A DNA stretch of 64,000 nt from NCBI GenBank assembly GCA_964405465.1, contig CAYONZ010000015.1, forward strand, positions 3,721 to 67,720. Reading direction: 5' to 3'. Origin of the DNA: an uncultured Bdellovibrionales bacterium (GTDB lineage Bacteria > Bdellovibrionota > Bdellovibrionia > Bdellovibrionales > JAMPXM01). Position numbers and translations under genes: made by a program. This document shows positions 54,523 to 63,817 of this stretch, in pieces (within the stretch, counting starts at the first letter, position 1; every line of letters starts with the position of its first letter). The notes below the pieces were generated by a model, which was given only the letters and a program-made list of their open reading frames with translations, had not been told where the DNA came from and searched no databases.

Positions 54523-57357
54523 CTAACGAACCTGTTGTTGCCACTCCGTATGAGGTCGCATGAACTCTTGTTGCTTGCGTATTTCTTCTATGGTCAACAC
54601 CATTTTCTTTGCTGCATTCGGATCGCCGCCTGAGCCTTTTAGCGAAATACTCTCAATTCTCTTAGTCAACTCTGCTTCGAAAGCAACCGATCTTTCAATT
54701 TGCTTCTTCAACGCACGACGCTTGAACAGGTTTTTCAGTCCACCCAAGCGTGCCATCTCAGTCATAGCCGAAGTACGTGCAGCCTGGACTGCATTTCTTG
54801 TTGAAACCAAATCATCGAGTACTTCGGACTTCAGGATGGTTTTCTTTTCGGCCCAAATTTTCGGAAGCTCACCAGCATCAGATCTAGCCACTACCTCTTT
54901 GCTTTTTTGATACTTTTTCGGATTAAACTTAGGAATTCCTGACCACCGACCAGGTCGCTCTATTGCTTCTAGCGCCTTCAATTCTCCTTGCAGTACGGCT
55001 CGATTTCCAACCATCTCACTTCTTTGCAAAGCCATGCCTACGTCACCCAATAGAGGATGCGCTGTTTTACCCATCTCTGCGATTGTGCGATCAAGCCGCT
55101 CAAGTTCCAATCGTTTCTTCGCCAATTCCGCCTGAATTTCCTCTTTCGTTCCGTGCGAAGATCGTAATGTTTTTTGGTATCCAATTTCCTCTCGACTAAC
55201 CAATTCTTTTTTTGTTGGCTCAAATCTTCGCGAGACCGTCTCTCGCTGCTTCAGCGCCCGGCGGCCCAAGACCGAATTCCCTGGGATCTCAGATTTGATA
55301 TTCAAGCCAAATTTCGAACTCAGTCGTCTTGCAGAATTAACGACTGGAGTCGCCGCAAATTTTGCTGCTCGACTCATTTTATCACGCACGCTCTGTCTTA
55401 CCGTCTTTTCAAACAGTTCTTTGGATTTGGAAAGAGCAACCTTCAACACCTGCGCGCTTCGAGCCTTGGTTTCCTCAACCATGATCGCACGTCCCACTCG
55501 CGCAGTTTTTTGTTTCGCGGCCAAAGTCGTTTTCAATTTGGTGGCCACATTCTTGGTGATACTCATCGCTTTTTGACCACCCGGAACCTTTCCGAGGGCT
55601 TCAACTGCAAATTTGGCAACAGCTTGCCCAGATTGAGAGGCCTTTAGAAATCCAGCTAGCTTAGTCAATCCAGCTGGAGTTGCCAGGACTCCTAAGATCT
55701 GTCCGGTTTTACGACAGGTGTATTGCGCTGCCTCATAATTATTCAGGCACGTTGACCATCCATTAATTTGTGTAGCTACGGCTTTCTGAATCTGCTCTGC
55801 AATTTTGAAAAGCGAGTCAGGGAGATTGCTCACAAAATTCCAAATCGCCACATAAGTCTCAGTTTGAAAGATACTAGTGAGTGTTTTCCAGAGAGTCTTT
55901 ACGGTTGCCACAATTCCATCTTTAAATCCATTTACCGCTTTGAGTAGACAATCTGATATGCCCGAATTTTTCTTGGTGGGCTGACTACGATCGAAGCACT
56001 CCCTGACCTGTTCAGCTGAATCCCACTTTGAAAAATCCGCAATCTCTGCTTCTAAGATCTGCGCTAAGGGTCCCTTAGTCGCACCCGCCACTCCCACGCC
56101 GGAGCAACAATACTCGGTATTGCCGTATTCAGGATCTTCTTTCTTTTTTGCTTCGACTAAAAGCTTTGCGATCGTCGATGCCTTGCAATTCGCACAAGCT
56201 CCCTGTGCTTCTAATCTTTCTTGGTCCGCAGGACTTGGTGCCTTAACTCCCTCGCCTTGAAACTTTGTAGTCAACTCTTTTGCTTCATTGAGCTCAAGCA
56301 ACACTGCACCCAAGAGCTCAGTGCTCGAATCGAATTCATCCCATGTACTATCTGGACATTCCTCTGGGCGTTCGTCGGGTTTTTGTTCATCTAGCGTACA
56401 TCCGTCAGAAGAGAGACGATTTGCCCAGTAAGAGGTCGAGTTACTATAAGCAGACTCGGTCAACTTCACCAGGCATTGCAGCTTCTCTTTTTGCTTAGGA
56501 GTTTTACCATCTTTTAGGTCTATGGATGCCGCCAGGCTTTTCATGTCTCGAATCATCGTCTCAAATCGAAAGATGGCAGATCCCGGCTTCTCAGTCCATT
56601 CACCCTCTAGCAAATATTTTTCTTTTTCGCTCTCACATGTGGCGTCTTCGGCCCATGCCTGAGTACTTGTTGGCATGCGAGACAATAGCGGCGAAATGAT
56701 TCTACCGATTTGTTTCGATTTAATGTCGTATATAAAATTAGCGATCTTCTCAGCATGCGAGTCCCCAATGCGCCGGGCCTGTTTCGGATCGGTGACGGTC
56801 GTGAAGGTTTGGAGGTCACTCTCCAAACTCGATTGCAATGGCTTCTCAATTGACTGTGGATAAACCAAAACCGCAAATGCAAGACCATCAGTCGTAATTT
56901 CATAAACCTTCGACTCGATCCAATATTCTGTACTTGAAGTGCCAGACTCACTTGCGGATGAGTGTTGTTCTTTGGTTACCACTGAGCGAATCACCACGCG
57001 CGTTTTCGATGGAGAACTGCGCAAAACATGACTGTCCATAACTTTTCGCGATAACCATCCAGAAAGCGAATCGTTCGATTTCGCTTGTGCTACCCATTTG
57101 TCTATCAAATCTTGATCGGCAATTTTTGTTTCAGCAAAAAAGTCAGATCCGGATTTAATTCCGACCAAAAGACGAATTTTTTTGTTGTTAGATAACGTAT
57201 AATTGTCGAGTTCTCCAGGGATAAATGTGTCCTCTTGATGCCATTTCTGTTTGACGTCAATCTGATAATCGAAATCCGCGGCCAAAATCGAAATCGGTGC
57301 AATTGACGACAATAGAATGCCCAGGAACAAAATCAAAATTTTTGAATACTTCTTCAT
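54523..57357 (-). CDS. large secreted hypothetical protein (944 aa)
   Basis: Signal peptide (MKKYSKILILFLGILLSSIAPISILA), a Cys-containing middle region, and a Lys/Arg/Glu-rich helical C-terminal third. No family recognised. Confidence 0.55.
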   Translation of the reverse strand: MKKYSKILILFLGILLSSIAPISILAADFDYQIDVKQKWHQEDTFIPGELDNYTLSNNKKIRLLVGIKSGSDFFAETKIADQDLIDKWVAQAKSNDSLSGWLSRKVMDSHVLRSSPSKTRVVIRSVVTKEQHSSASESGTSSTEYWIESKVYEITTDGLAFAVLVYPQSIEKPLQSSLESDLQTFTTVTDPKQARRIGDSHAEKIANFIYDIKSKQIGRIISPLLSRMPTSTQAWAEDATCESEKEKYLLEGEWTEKPGSAIFRFETMIRDMKSLAASIDLKDGKTPKQKEKLQCLVKLTESAYSNSTSYWANRLSSDGCTLDEQKPDERPEECPDSTWDEFDSSTELLGAVLLELNEAKELTTKFQGEGVKAPSPADQERLEAQGACANCKASTIAKLLVEAKKKEDPEYGNTEYCCSGVGVAGATKGPLAQILEAEIADFSKWDSAEQVRECFDRSQPTKKNSGISDCLLKAVNGFKDGIVATVKTLWKTLTSIFQTETYVAIWNFVSNLPDSLFKIAEQIQKAVATQINGWSTCLNNYEAAQYTCRKTGQILGVLATPAGLTKLAGFLKASQSGQAVAKFAVEALGKVPGGQKAMSITKNVATKLKTTLAAKQKTARVGRAIMVEETKARSAQVLKVALSKSKELFEKTVRQSVRDKMSRAAKFAATPVVNSARRLSSKFGLNIKSEIPGNSVLGRRALKQRETVSRRFEPTKKELVSREEIGYQKTLRSSHGTKEEIQAELAKKRLELERLDRTIAEMGKTAHPLLGDVGMALQRSEMVGNRAVLQGELKALEAIERPGRWSGIPKFNPKKYQKSKEVVARSDAGELPKIWAEKKTILKSEVLDDLVSTRNAVQAARTSAMTEMARLGGLKNLFKRRALKKQIERSVAFEAELTKRIESISLKGSGGDPNAAKKMVLTIEEIRKQQEFMRPHTEWQQQVR

Positions 57358-57546
57358 ATCTTAGCTATCGGGAAAATTCACACATCGCTCAACTCGCCAT
57401 TGGTTGGGTATGCGTTCATTTGATTCAACCCTTGGAACTGGATGACGTTCATATTTGGTTTGAGACTTATCCAGCCCTGCATAACGCATATATAAATAAT
57501 AAATATTTGCAGGCTTTTGGTCCTGAAGGCAAAAGAGTGTGTTAGA

Positions 57547-58368
57547 ATGAGTGACATGAATACTTCGACTTTAGTTCCCAATGGTCAAAAATTTGAATTT
57601 CTTCTTCACTTCATTCACTCTCCTCATGGCATTAGCTGGAGAAGCCCGAGTGCGTTGGCGCTCTCGGCTCTTGCCAATATCATCTCTGGGGAAACCCTAT
57701 TTCCGGGCCATTCGATTGGTCATGTCCATGTCGAGTTGAAAGCGCGCGATTTAAAAAAACGTTTTTTTACTAGTATTACAATCGACAATCAGAATCAGTA
57801 CTATGATGTTTTGGTGAAAAAGAGGATTGGTTTTGGCATTCTCTTTCATCGTTTCAAAGGGCGACTCGAATCACCAGAAGAAATTCAAGCCAGCCTCAAC
57901 CTAGCTCAGCGACAGAGACGATTGCAAACTTTACGGCTGGCGATTTCTGCTGAGGCGTTTGCTCGCGCCGAAGAGTATCTCACTCAACTTCTTCAAATAA
58001 AAAATAGCCTTCAGTATGGATTTCCTTGTGAACCCCGAAAACGCGAAGGAGCAGGATGTACCGCCTTTGCCATGAGCTTTCTTGAGGTGATGGGAGTTTC
58101 TCTACCAGACTTTTCACAGTGGCAACAAACCATTCACGTTCCGCTTGACTTAATTGGTGAAGGCTTCAGGAAGGTTTCGCTTCTCGAAACGGTTGCATCG
58201 CCTCGCGCGTTCTCTTGGGGCAAACCTGAAGAATCCCAGACTCTTCGATTTTGGGATCCAGACCTTATGTTCCATTGGGCAAAGAAAAGAAGCGAAAATC
58301 GAAACACAGTGCTGATCGATGCCAAAGACCAAAAAGTGAGTTCTGATTCAATTTGGCTAGAAAATTAA
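57547..58368 (+). CDS. hypothetical protein
   Basis: ORF with the ATG at 57547 (track start 57517). A conserved-looking His (GHSIGHVHVE) precedes a Cys (GAGCTAFAMSF). No confident family. Confidence 0.4.
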   Translation: MSDMNTSTLVPNGQKFEFLLHFIHSPHGISWRSPSALALSALANIISGETLFPGHSIGHVHVELKARDLKKRFFTSITIDNQNQYYDVLVKKRIGFGILFHRFKGRLESPEEIQASLNLAQRQRRLQTLRLAISAEAFARAEEYLTQLLQIKNSLQYGFPCEPRKREGAGCTAFAMSFLEVMGVSLPDFSQWQQTIHVPLDLIGEGFRKVSLLETVASPRAFSWGKPEESQTLRFWDPDLMFHWAKKRSENRNTVLIDAKDQKVSSDSIWLEN

Positions 58369-58477
58369 GTCCTGTCTTTTGATTTTTCACTTTAACCTTC
58401 TCGACTGAAGTAGTGAGCACCCAAAGGACAATGCATTTCTAATTTAAATATACTGACTCATTTTATAGTATTAAAGA

Positions 58478-59479
58478 ATGCGACGACTTTTCTTATTCAT
58501 TTCAGTCTTGGTTTACTTTCCCTGGACGTCTGCAAATCTCAGTCAGAGCGAATGCCCAAAGTCTGACCTCTCTTCTTGTTTTGGGATAAATCGAGAAAAT
58601 GGAAATGCCGACTGGTGTTGGGCCAATACTGCTGCAGATCTTATTGGTTGCTTTCAAAAGGTGGGACCGCTCAATCGGATCTCAACTCTCGATGTCGCGG
58701 CGGCACAACTCTCAATAGACTCAAATACTCTGCAAAGCACGATCGCTTCGATCGGCAATCACGATTTAAGTGCTTCCACGCACTTTTACCACGAACAAAT
58801 AAAAGAGGATCGTAAACAATTGCAATTTCGTCCATTGCGGTCCAACTTCAACTCCGTTTTGGCATCTATTGTTGGATATCAAAAACGATCAGGGTATTGC
58901 CTTGAGAAAGACTTTGCCATTGATATCAAACCGACAAATCCCAGTTATATTTCAGAATATCTCAATGCAATGGTCGGCAAGCCTTCCACCTTTTTAACAC
59001 AACTCAAAATCAAAAATGATTGCGATCCACTGGCTTCTATTGATGACCTCAATAGCTTTACCTACTTTCTCAATTCAGAACTTCGCGACAAGATCGAGGA
59101 AGATCTCATGCAAAACTGTAAACCCAGAAAAAAAATGAAACCGATGCTGCCTATTTACTATTCCTTCAGCGGTACCCAACAAGATATCTCCCAGGTTCTT
59201 ATTGAAAATCTCAGGAAAGGAGTGCCCTCGGCGATCGGTTACGACCTCAATCTTCTTAGGGAAAAAAAATATTCAAACATTGCCACCCATGCAGGTACGG
59301 TCATTGCTTCTCGTTGGAGTCACGGCCACTGTGAATTTAGAGTTCGCGACGGTAACGGCGCAGACTGCACAATTTATCCGAAGAGACTAAGACAGAAATG
59401 TTCGCTTGGAAATATTTGGCTATCAGAAAACGAGCTCAACAGCTCGGTAGAAAACATAACCTGGATAGCCTCACCCTAG
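58478..59479 (+). CDS. secreted protein, possible papain-like cysteine peptidase
   Basis: Signal peptide. NADWCWANTAADLIG resembles a papain-type Cys helix, and later THAGTVI and NIWLSENE could be the His and Asn. Weak. Confidence 0.35.
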   Translation: MRRLFLFISVLVYFPWTSANLSQSECPKSDLSSCFGINRENGNADWCWANTAADLIGCFQKVGPLNRISTLDVAAAQLSIDSNTLQSTIASIGNHDLSASTHFYHEQIKEDRKQLQFRPLRSNFNSVLASIVGYQKRSGYCLEKDFAIDIKPTNPSYISEYLNAMVGKPSTFLTQLKIKNDCDPLASIDDLNSFTYFLNSELRDKIEEDLMQNCKPRKKMKPMLPIYYSFSGTQQDISQVLIENLRKGVPSAIGYDLNLLREKKYSNIATHAGTVIASRWSHGHCEFRVRDGNGADCTIYPKRLRQKCSLGNIWLSENELNSSVENITWIASP

Positions 59480-59534
59480 CAGTGCACCCTTGAAGCTAGC
59501 TCGACTAAGTCGCCGATTCCGCTCAGACATTGAT

Positions 59535-59885
59535 CTAATAATTCGATTTCTTTTCTGGAGCGGTGGCAACTTTGGCCTTCTTCATCATTTTTGCGCATTC
59601 TTCTTTTTTCATTGTCTCTTCGCATTTACCCATCGCCTCATGATCACAAACCTTTGCATCTTTGTGCATTTTCTTGCATTCGTGCATCATCGCCATCATT
59701 TGATCAGTGTCCATCATGTGCCCCATCATATCAGATTTCATCTGACCGTTAGGAGACCCTTTCGAAACGGTTTCTTGGGATTGCGCCTGTGCGGCCGGTG
59801 CCTCTCCTTCAGCTTGAGAAGCTCTAACCAAGACAAAAATGGTTAACATGAAAACCGACATAATGAACATCCAATTCATTTTCAT
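59535..59885 (-). CDS. secreted Met/His/Cys-rich protein (putative metal-binding)
   Basis: Signal peptide followed by MKSDMMGHMMDTDQMMAMMHECKKMHKD-type composition. Confidence 0.55.
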   Translation of the reverse strand: MKMNWMFIMSVFMLTIFVLVRASQAEGEAPAAQAQSQETVSKGSPNGQMKSDMMGHMMDTDQMMAMMHECKKMHKDAKVCDHEAMGKCEETMKKEECAKMMKKAKVATAPEKKSNY

Positions 59886-60132
59886 ACAAACTCCTTTTAT
59901 TTCTTCAGTTCATCTGAAGACCGAAATGTAATTTCATATCGAAGACTAAGTATTGCGAACCCCATACTCAAAACAATAAATCTTGACATCCTCTTGGCAT
60001 TTGCACGATTCACTCCGACTCTTCCTTCGCATCTGCAAATTTGTCCGGAGATTCTCAAATTGAGAATCTTTGAATCCTTTTGCGGGTTGCTGACTCTAAT
60101 AGAAAACGTTCATTAACCAAAAAGGAAACAAT

Positions 60133-60342
60133 ATGTTTTATATAAAGAATCTACCGACCGGAGAGCGCGTCGCTCGTGTGACTATTTCAATCCTCGCGGC
60201 CATAGCGGGAGCCGCACAGTTTGGGCTGGGTATGTACGGGCTGATGATCATCGCTTCTTCTGCGATGTTCGCTGTTACAGGGTTTGTTGGATGGTGTCCA
60301 ATGTGTGCCATGGCTGGACGAAAGATAGCAAAAAAATCATAG
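60133..60342 (+). CDS. DUF2892 (YgaP-like) small membrane protein
   Basis: Two TM helices ending in GWCPMCAMAG. Confidence 0.6.
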   Translation: MFYIKNLPTGERVARVTISILAAIAGAAQFGLGMYGLMIIASSAMFAVTGFVGWCPMCAMAGRKIAKKS

Positions 60343-60404
60343 TTTGACCTCAAGGAGTTGTGAACTGAAAATCAATTCACAACTCTTTTTGCAAACTTGT
60401 TGAG

Positions 60405-60962
60405 GTGCAATTGCCACTCCAAAATGAAGATGAAATTTTAAAACTCGCAAGTGCCGGAGACGCAGCCGCAATCGCCGTGCTTATTGAACACTATCAACCT
60501 GACCTTAAAAAATTTGCCTCCGGCGTTTGTCAAACTTCAGAGGACGCAGAAGATGCCGTCCAGCACACGCTTTTTGTTATTTCGACTAAAATCTCGGGAT
60601 TTCGCAAAGCTGCGAAGCTCACCTCTTGGCTGTTCACTATTGTGTAGAATGAATGTCTCCGTTTTTTAAACAAACGTCTTCGCCACGTTGAAATTGACGA
60701 TTCGATCGTCGACCCAGATCTTTCGGCTGTTGAAAAACTATCTGAGCACGAACTCCTAGCGAAAGTACAACAAGCCTTCGAAGAGCTAGAACCTCTTTAT
60801 CGAGAGGTATTTATTTTGCGTGACATTGAAGGATTAAGCGCACCTGAGGTGAGCGAAAGACTCGGCATTTCGATCACGGCAGTGAAGTCAAGACTCCACC
60901 GCGCCAGAAACGAAGTGAGACAAAGTTTCATTAATCCCGCAGCGCGTTTGTCTGGAGATTAA
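60405..60962 (+). pseudogene. ECF-family RNA polymerase sigma factor interrupted by an in-frame TAG at 60645-60647
   Basis: Region 2 (DAEDAVQHTLFVISTKISGF..LTSWLFTIV), then TAG, then NECLRFLNKR and region 4 (YREVFILRDIEGLSAPEVSERLGISITAVKSRLHRARNEV) continue in the same frame to the TAA at 60960-60962. Confidence 0.7.
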
Positions 60963-61138
60963 ACATAACTATAAAGTCGAATCTATAAAAAGCGAATGCC
61001 AATAATCGACGATTCCGTGAATGTTTCAGGGGACTGAATGCAATGGTAAACAGCCCCTTGAAAGTTTTTTTTGCGCGTGATGCCGGGACTCAAAACCTGT
61101 CGCTTGCCAAGCACCCGATCTAATTTCATAATTTTGAA

Positions 61139-61714
61139 ATGCAAAACACAAATACAAATTCGCTGGAACAGTCGTTGGGTCCGTTGGCAAAACTCGTTGG
61201 CAAGTGGGAGGGTTCAGTCGGTGACGACACCGCACCCGCTGACGATCGTGGAGTTGAAAAAAACAGCTATAAAGAACTCATGATCTTTACTCCATTTGGC
61301 CCCACAAACAATCACGAGCAAACTTTATTTGGGCTTAGCTACAATCGCACAGCCTGGAGATTGACCGAAGACCAACCCTTTCATGAACAAGTCGGCTATT
61401 GGCTTTGGGATGCTGACGCACAATTGATTATGCATTCATTTATGATACCGAGAGGCATGACCGTTTTAGCTGGAGGGGCCTGTGAGGCAAATGCAAACAC
61501 CTTTAAAGTGAGTGCCACTCTGGGCTCGAGTACGTTTGGCATTTGTTCCAATCCTTTTCTTGATCGTGAATTCAAAACAGTCCAGTACGATTCCACTATA
61601 ACCCTAACAGACCCGACAACTTTGATCTATGAAGAGAACACACAGATCAAAATCAAAGATCAAAACAAAATATTTAACCACATTGACAAAAATATTTTAA
61701 AAAAAATTTGTTAA
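61139..61714 (+). CDS. nitrobindin-like / DUF1794 beta-barrel protein (tentative)
   Basis: N-terminal LAKLVGKWEGSVG and a beta-rich pattern. Confidence 0.45.
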   Translation: MQNTNTNSLEQSLGPLAKLVGKWEGSVGDDTAPADDRGVEKNSYKELMIFTPFGPTNNHEQTLFGLSYNRTAWRLTEDQPFHEQVGYWLWDADAQLIMHSFMIPRGMTVLAGGACEANANTFKVSATLGSSTFGICSNPFLDREFKTVQYDSTITLTDPTTLIYEENTQIKIKDQNKIFNHIDKNILKKIC

Positions 61715-61733
61715 CCGAAAAAAGGAACATCAA

Positions 61734-62108
61734 ATGATTAAAGGGTATCGAGATTTCTATTATAACGTTGCCGACATGAATCGTGCTGTTCGATTTTATA
61801 CTGAGGCACTAGGTTTAAAAAAAGCACATGGCGATGAGTATTGGACTTCGATGACTTTGGGCAACTTGAATCTCGGTTTGCACTGGACTGAGGGCGACTC
61901 TGTTCCTATCTCGCCCAGAGATTCACATGGATGTCATAACGGCGGCACGCTCACTCTTGAGTCAGACAATGTCCCTAACGACAGAAAAAACATTGAGAGT
62001 GCTGGTGGTAAAATTCTGAGTGAGTCTAAACAAGAATGGGGGCACATGCTTGTATTCGAAGACCTCGATGGGAATGTCTTAAAGCTTATGAACCCCACAC
62101 ATTTTTAG
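61734..62108 (+). CDS. VOC (glyoxalase/bleomycin-resistance) family protein
   Basis: 124-aa protein with FYTEALGLK..GGTL..FEDLDGNVLKL, typical of the VOC fold. Confidence 0.75.
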   Translation: MIKGYRDFYYNVADMNRAVRFYTEALGLKKAHGDEYWTSMTLGNLNLGLHWTEGDSVPISPRDSHGCHNGGTLTLESDNVPNDRKNIESAGGKILSESKQEWGHMLVFEDLDGNVLKLMNPTHF

Positions 62109-62170
62109 AATTTTTAAGATCAAGATTTTGATGGCGCCTGTTTTGCAAATTCAAATCTTCAGGAGAATCA

Positions 62171-63457
62171 GTGAAGATGAGATCTGCATTAATTGCAACA
62201 GGCGGAATTTTACTGTCGATTTTTTTGACAGAGACAGGGCACGCTTCGGCAACCAAACCGCTGCCAGTTGCTCTTTCATTATTGAGGAGCCTTGCTGCTC
62301 ACGCAACAGCTTCGACTGAGGTCGATCAAGCGTCAACTGCCCAAGCCTGTATCAGCGTCCCGATCGAAGATCCTTTGGTAAAAGGCCGAGCAAGAATGGT
62401 CAGATTCCCCAACGGACGCTCCGTCACAGTTGTCGGACATGTCCATGGGAGCAGACAGATCTATGAGATTGGTGCGCTCATAAAAAATTCTCGCTTAATG
62501 CAAATGTCAGATGCAGAATTCGACACTCTACTGTTTAGAATCATGAATGAAAATCGCCGGGTTGTTCCAATCGGCGCATCTAAAGAGACGAAACAAAGCG
62601 CTGTCAACTTTTACAAGAAGAAATTCAATATCGATTTTAGTGACTTACTCCATCCAGAAAATGGACTCGATCTACCTGAAGTCACCTTTGAGCGACACGC
62701 CATTGAAGATTTTCGCTATTTGCATCAACTCTTGGGTCAAAAGAACTCGAGTATTCAATTTGTCGGATATGAGGGCACCCAGCGAACTTGGGCGAGCAAT
62801 CTTCCATTTTATTTGCGAACTCGCCAGGTCCTTTTAGAACAGTTCGCGCTTCGAAAGAGTCGAGGCCAAATCAAGTTCAGCGAGTACTACCTTGATCCGC
62901 TCCTTCTATCGAGCTCAAATGGCAATGCCTATACCTACATGGTGAATCCTCAACTCATATTAAAGGTCCCGATGGTTGGAACCGAAGATGAAGCCGTAAC
63001 CAGTGATCCTAAGAATGCAGATCCTCTAGAAAAAATGTCCCAGGCCCTAAATAGGCTTAAGGCTGCGGGCGATACCTACCTTGATTCCCAAACCAAAATA
63101 GAAAAAAAGCGCCTGTTCAATGAGCCGTCACTTATCTCGTTCTTCGTATTGGCCCTCAATGCATACAGCGAGGTGGAAAACATGAGCTTTGTCTCCGAGG
63201 CTGATTTAGAGGTTCAGCTCACCCAATTGCGTGCGAAGACTCCTCATTGGCTCAAAGGCGAAGTGGAAGAATTGATTGAGACATTTAGGGAGCGCGTGAG
63301 AATCAATTTTTTGCGAGATGAGGCCTCAGCCAGAAATCTTGTTGGATTAAATAAAACAGGAATTCACTTTGTCGGTCTCAATCACTTTCGAAACACCGTA
63401 AGAAATCTCGAAAATCTCTGTAAACAAGAACAGAACCACGCACAGATCTTTTATTAG
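62171..63457 (+). CDS. hypothetical secreted protein
   Basis: 428-aa ORF with a signal peptide. No family recognised. Confidence 0.45.
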   Translation: MKMRSALIATGGILLSIFLTETGHASATKPLPVALSLLRSLAAHATASTEVDQASTAQACISVPIEDPLVKGRARMVRFPNGRSVTVVGHVHGSRQIYEIGALIKNSRLMQMSDAEFDTLLFRIMNENRRVVPIGASKETKQSAVNFYKKKFNIDFSDLLHPENGLDLPEVTFERHAIEDFRYLHQLLGQKNSSIQFVGYEGTQRTWASNLPFYLRTRQVLLEQFALRKSRGQIKFSEYYLDPLLLSSSNGNAYTYMVNPQLILKVPMVGTEDEAVTSDPKNADPLEKMSQALNRLKAAGDTYLDSQTKIEKKRLFNEPSLISFFVLALNAYSEVENMSFVSEADLEVQLTQLRAKTPHWLKGEVEELIETFRERVRINFLRDEASARNLVGLNKTGIHFVGLNHFRNTVRNLENLCKQEQNHAQIFY

Positions 63458-63475
63458 ATAGATTGGGAGTATACC

Positions 63476-63811
63476 ATGATTCAAAAATTTTTCTTGTCAC
63501 TGTTATTGATGCTAAATTCCACCTCCGTCTTAGCAGAACAAAAAATCAGCTTGGCAACAGGTGAAAGTCTGGTCCTCTGTGCAAACGACACCGAAGACCG
63601 GCAAACTGGAGTCATGACATCTGGGCTTTCGCGGTTGAATATGGTGTTGCTTCAATCCCAGGTCTCCACTCAAGCTGGGGTAACCGAGCAGGTCACCCTT
63701 AGAATTGATCGGCCATTTTCAGTTTCTGCACCCGCAGTCCTGCTCGTTGAAAAAACGAGCCCCTCAGGAAATACGCTTTTCAACTATTGCGTGACTCTGA
63801 CCAAAAAATAA
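63476..63811 (+). CDS. hypothetical small secreted protein
   Basis: 111-aa ORF with signal peptide (MIQKFFLSLLLMLNSTSVLA). Confidence 0.4.
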   Translation: MIQKFFLSLLLMLNSTSVLAEQKISLATGESLVLCANDTEDRQTGVMTSGLSRLNMVLLQSQVSTQAGVTEQVTLRIDRPFSVSAPAVLLVEKTSPSGNTLFNYCVTLTKK

Positions 63812-63817
63812 GTGGCT

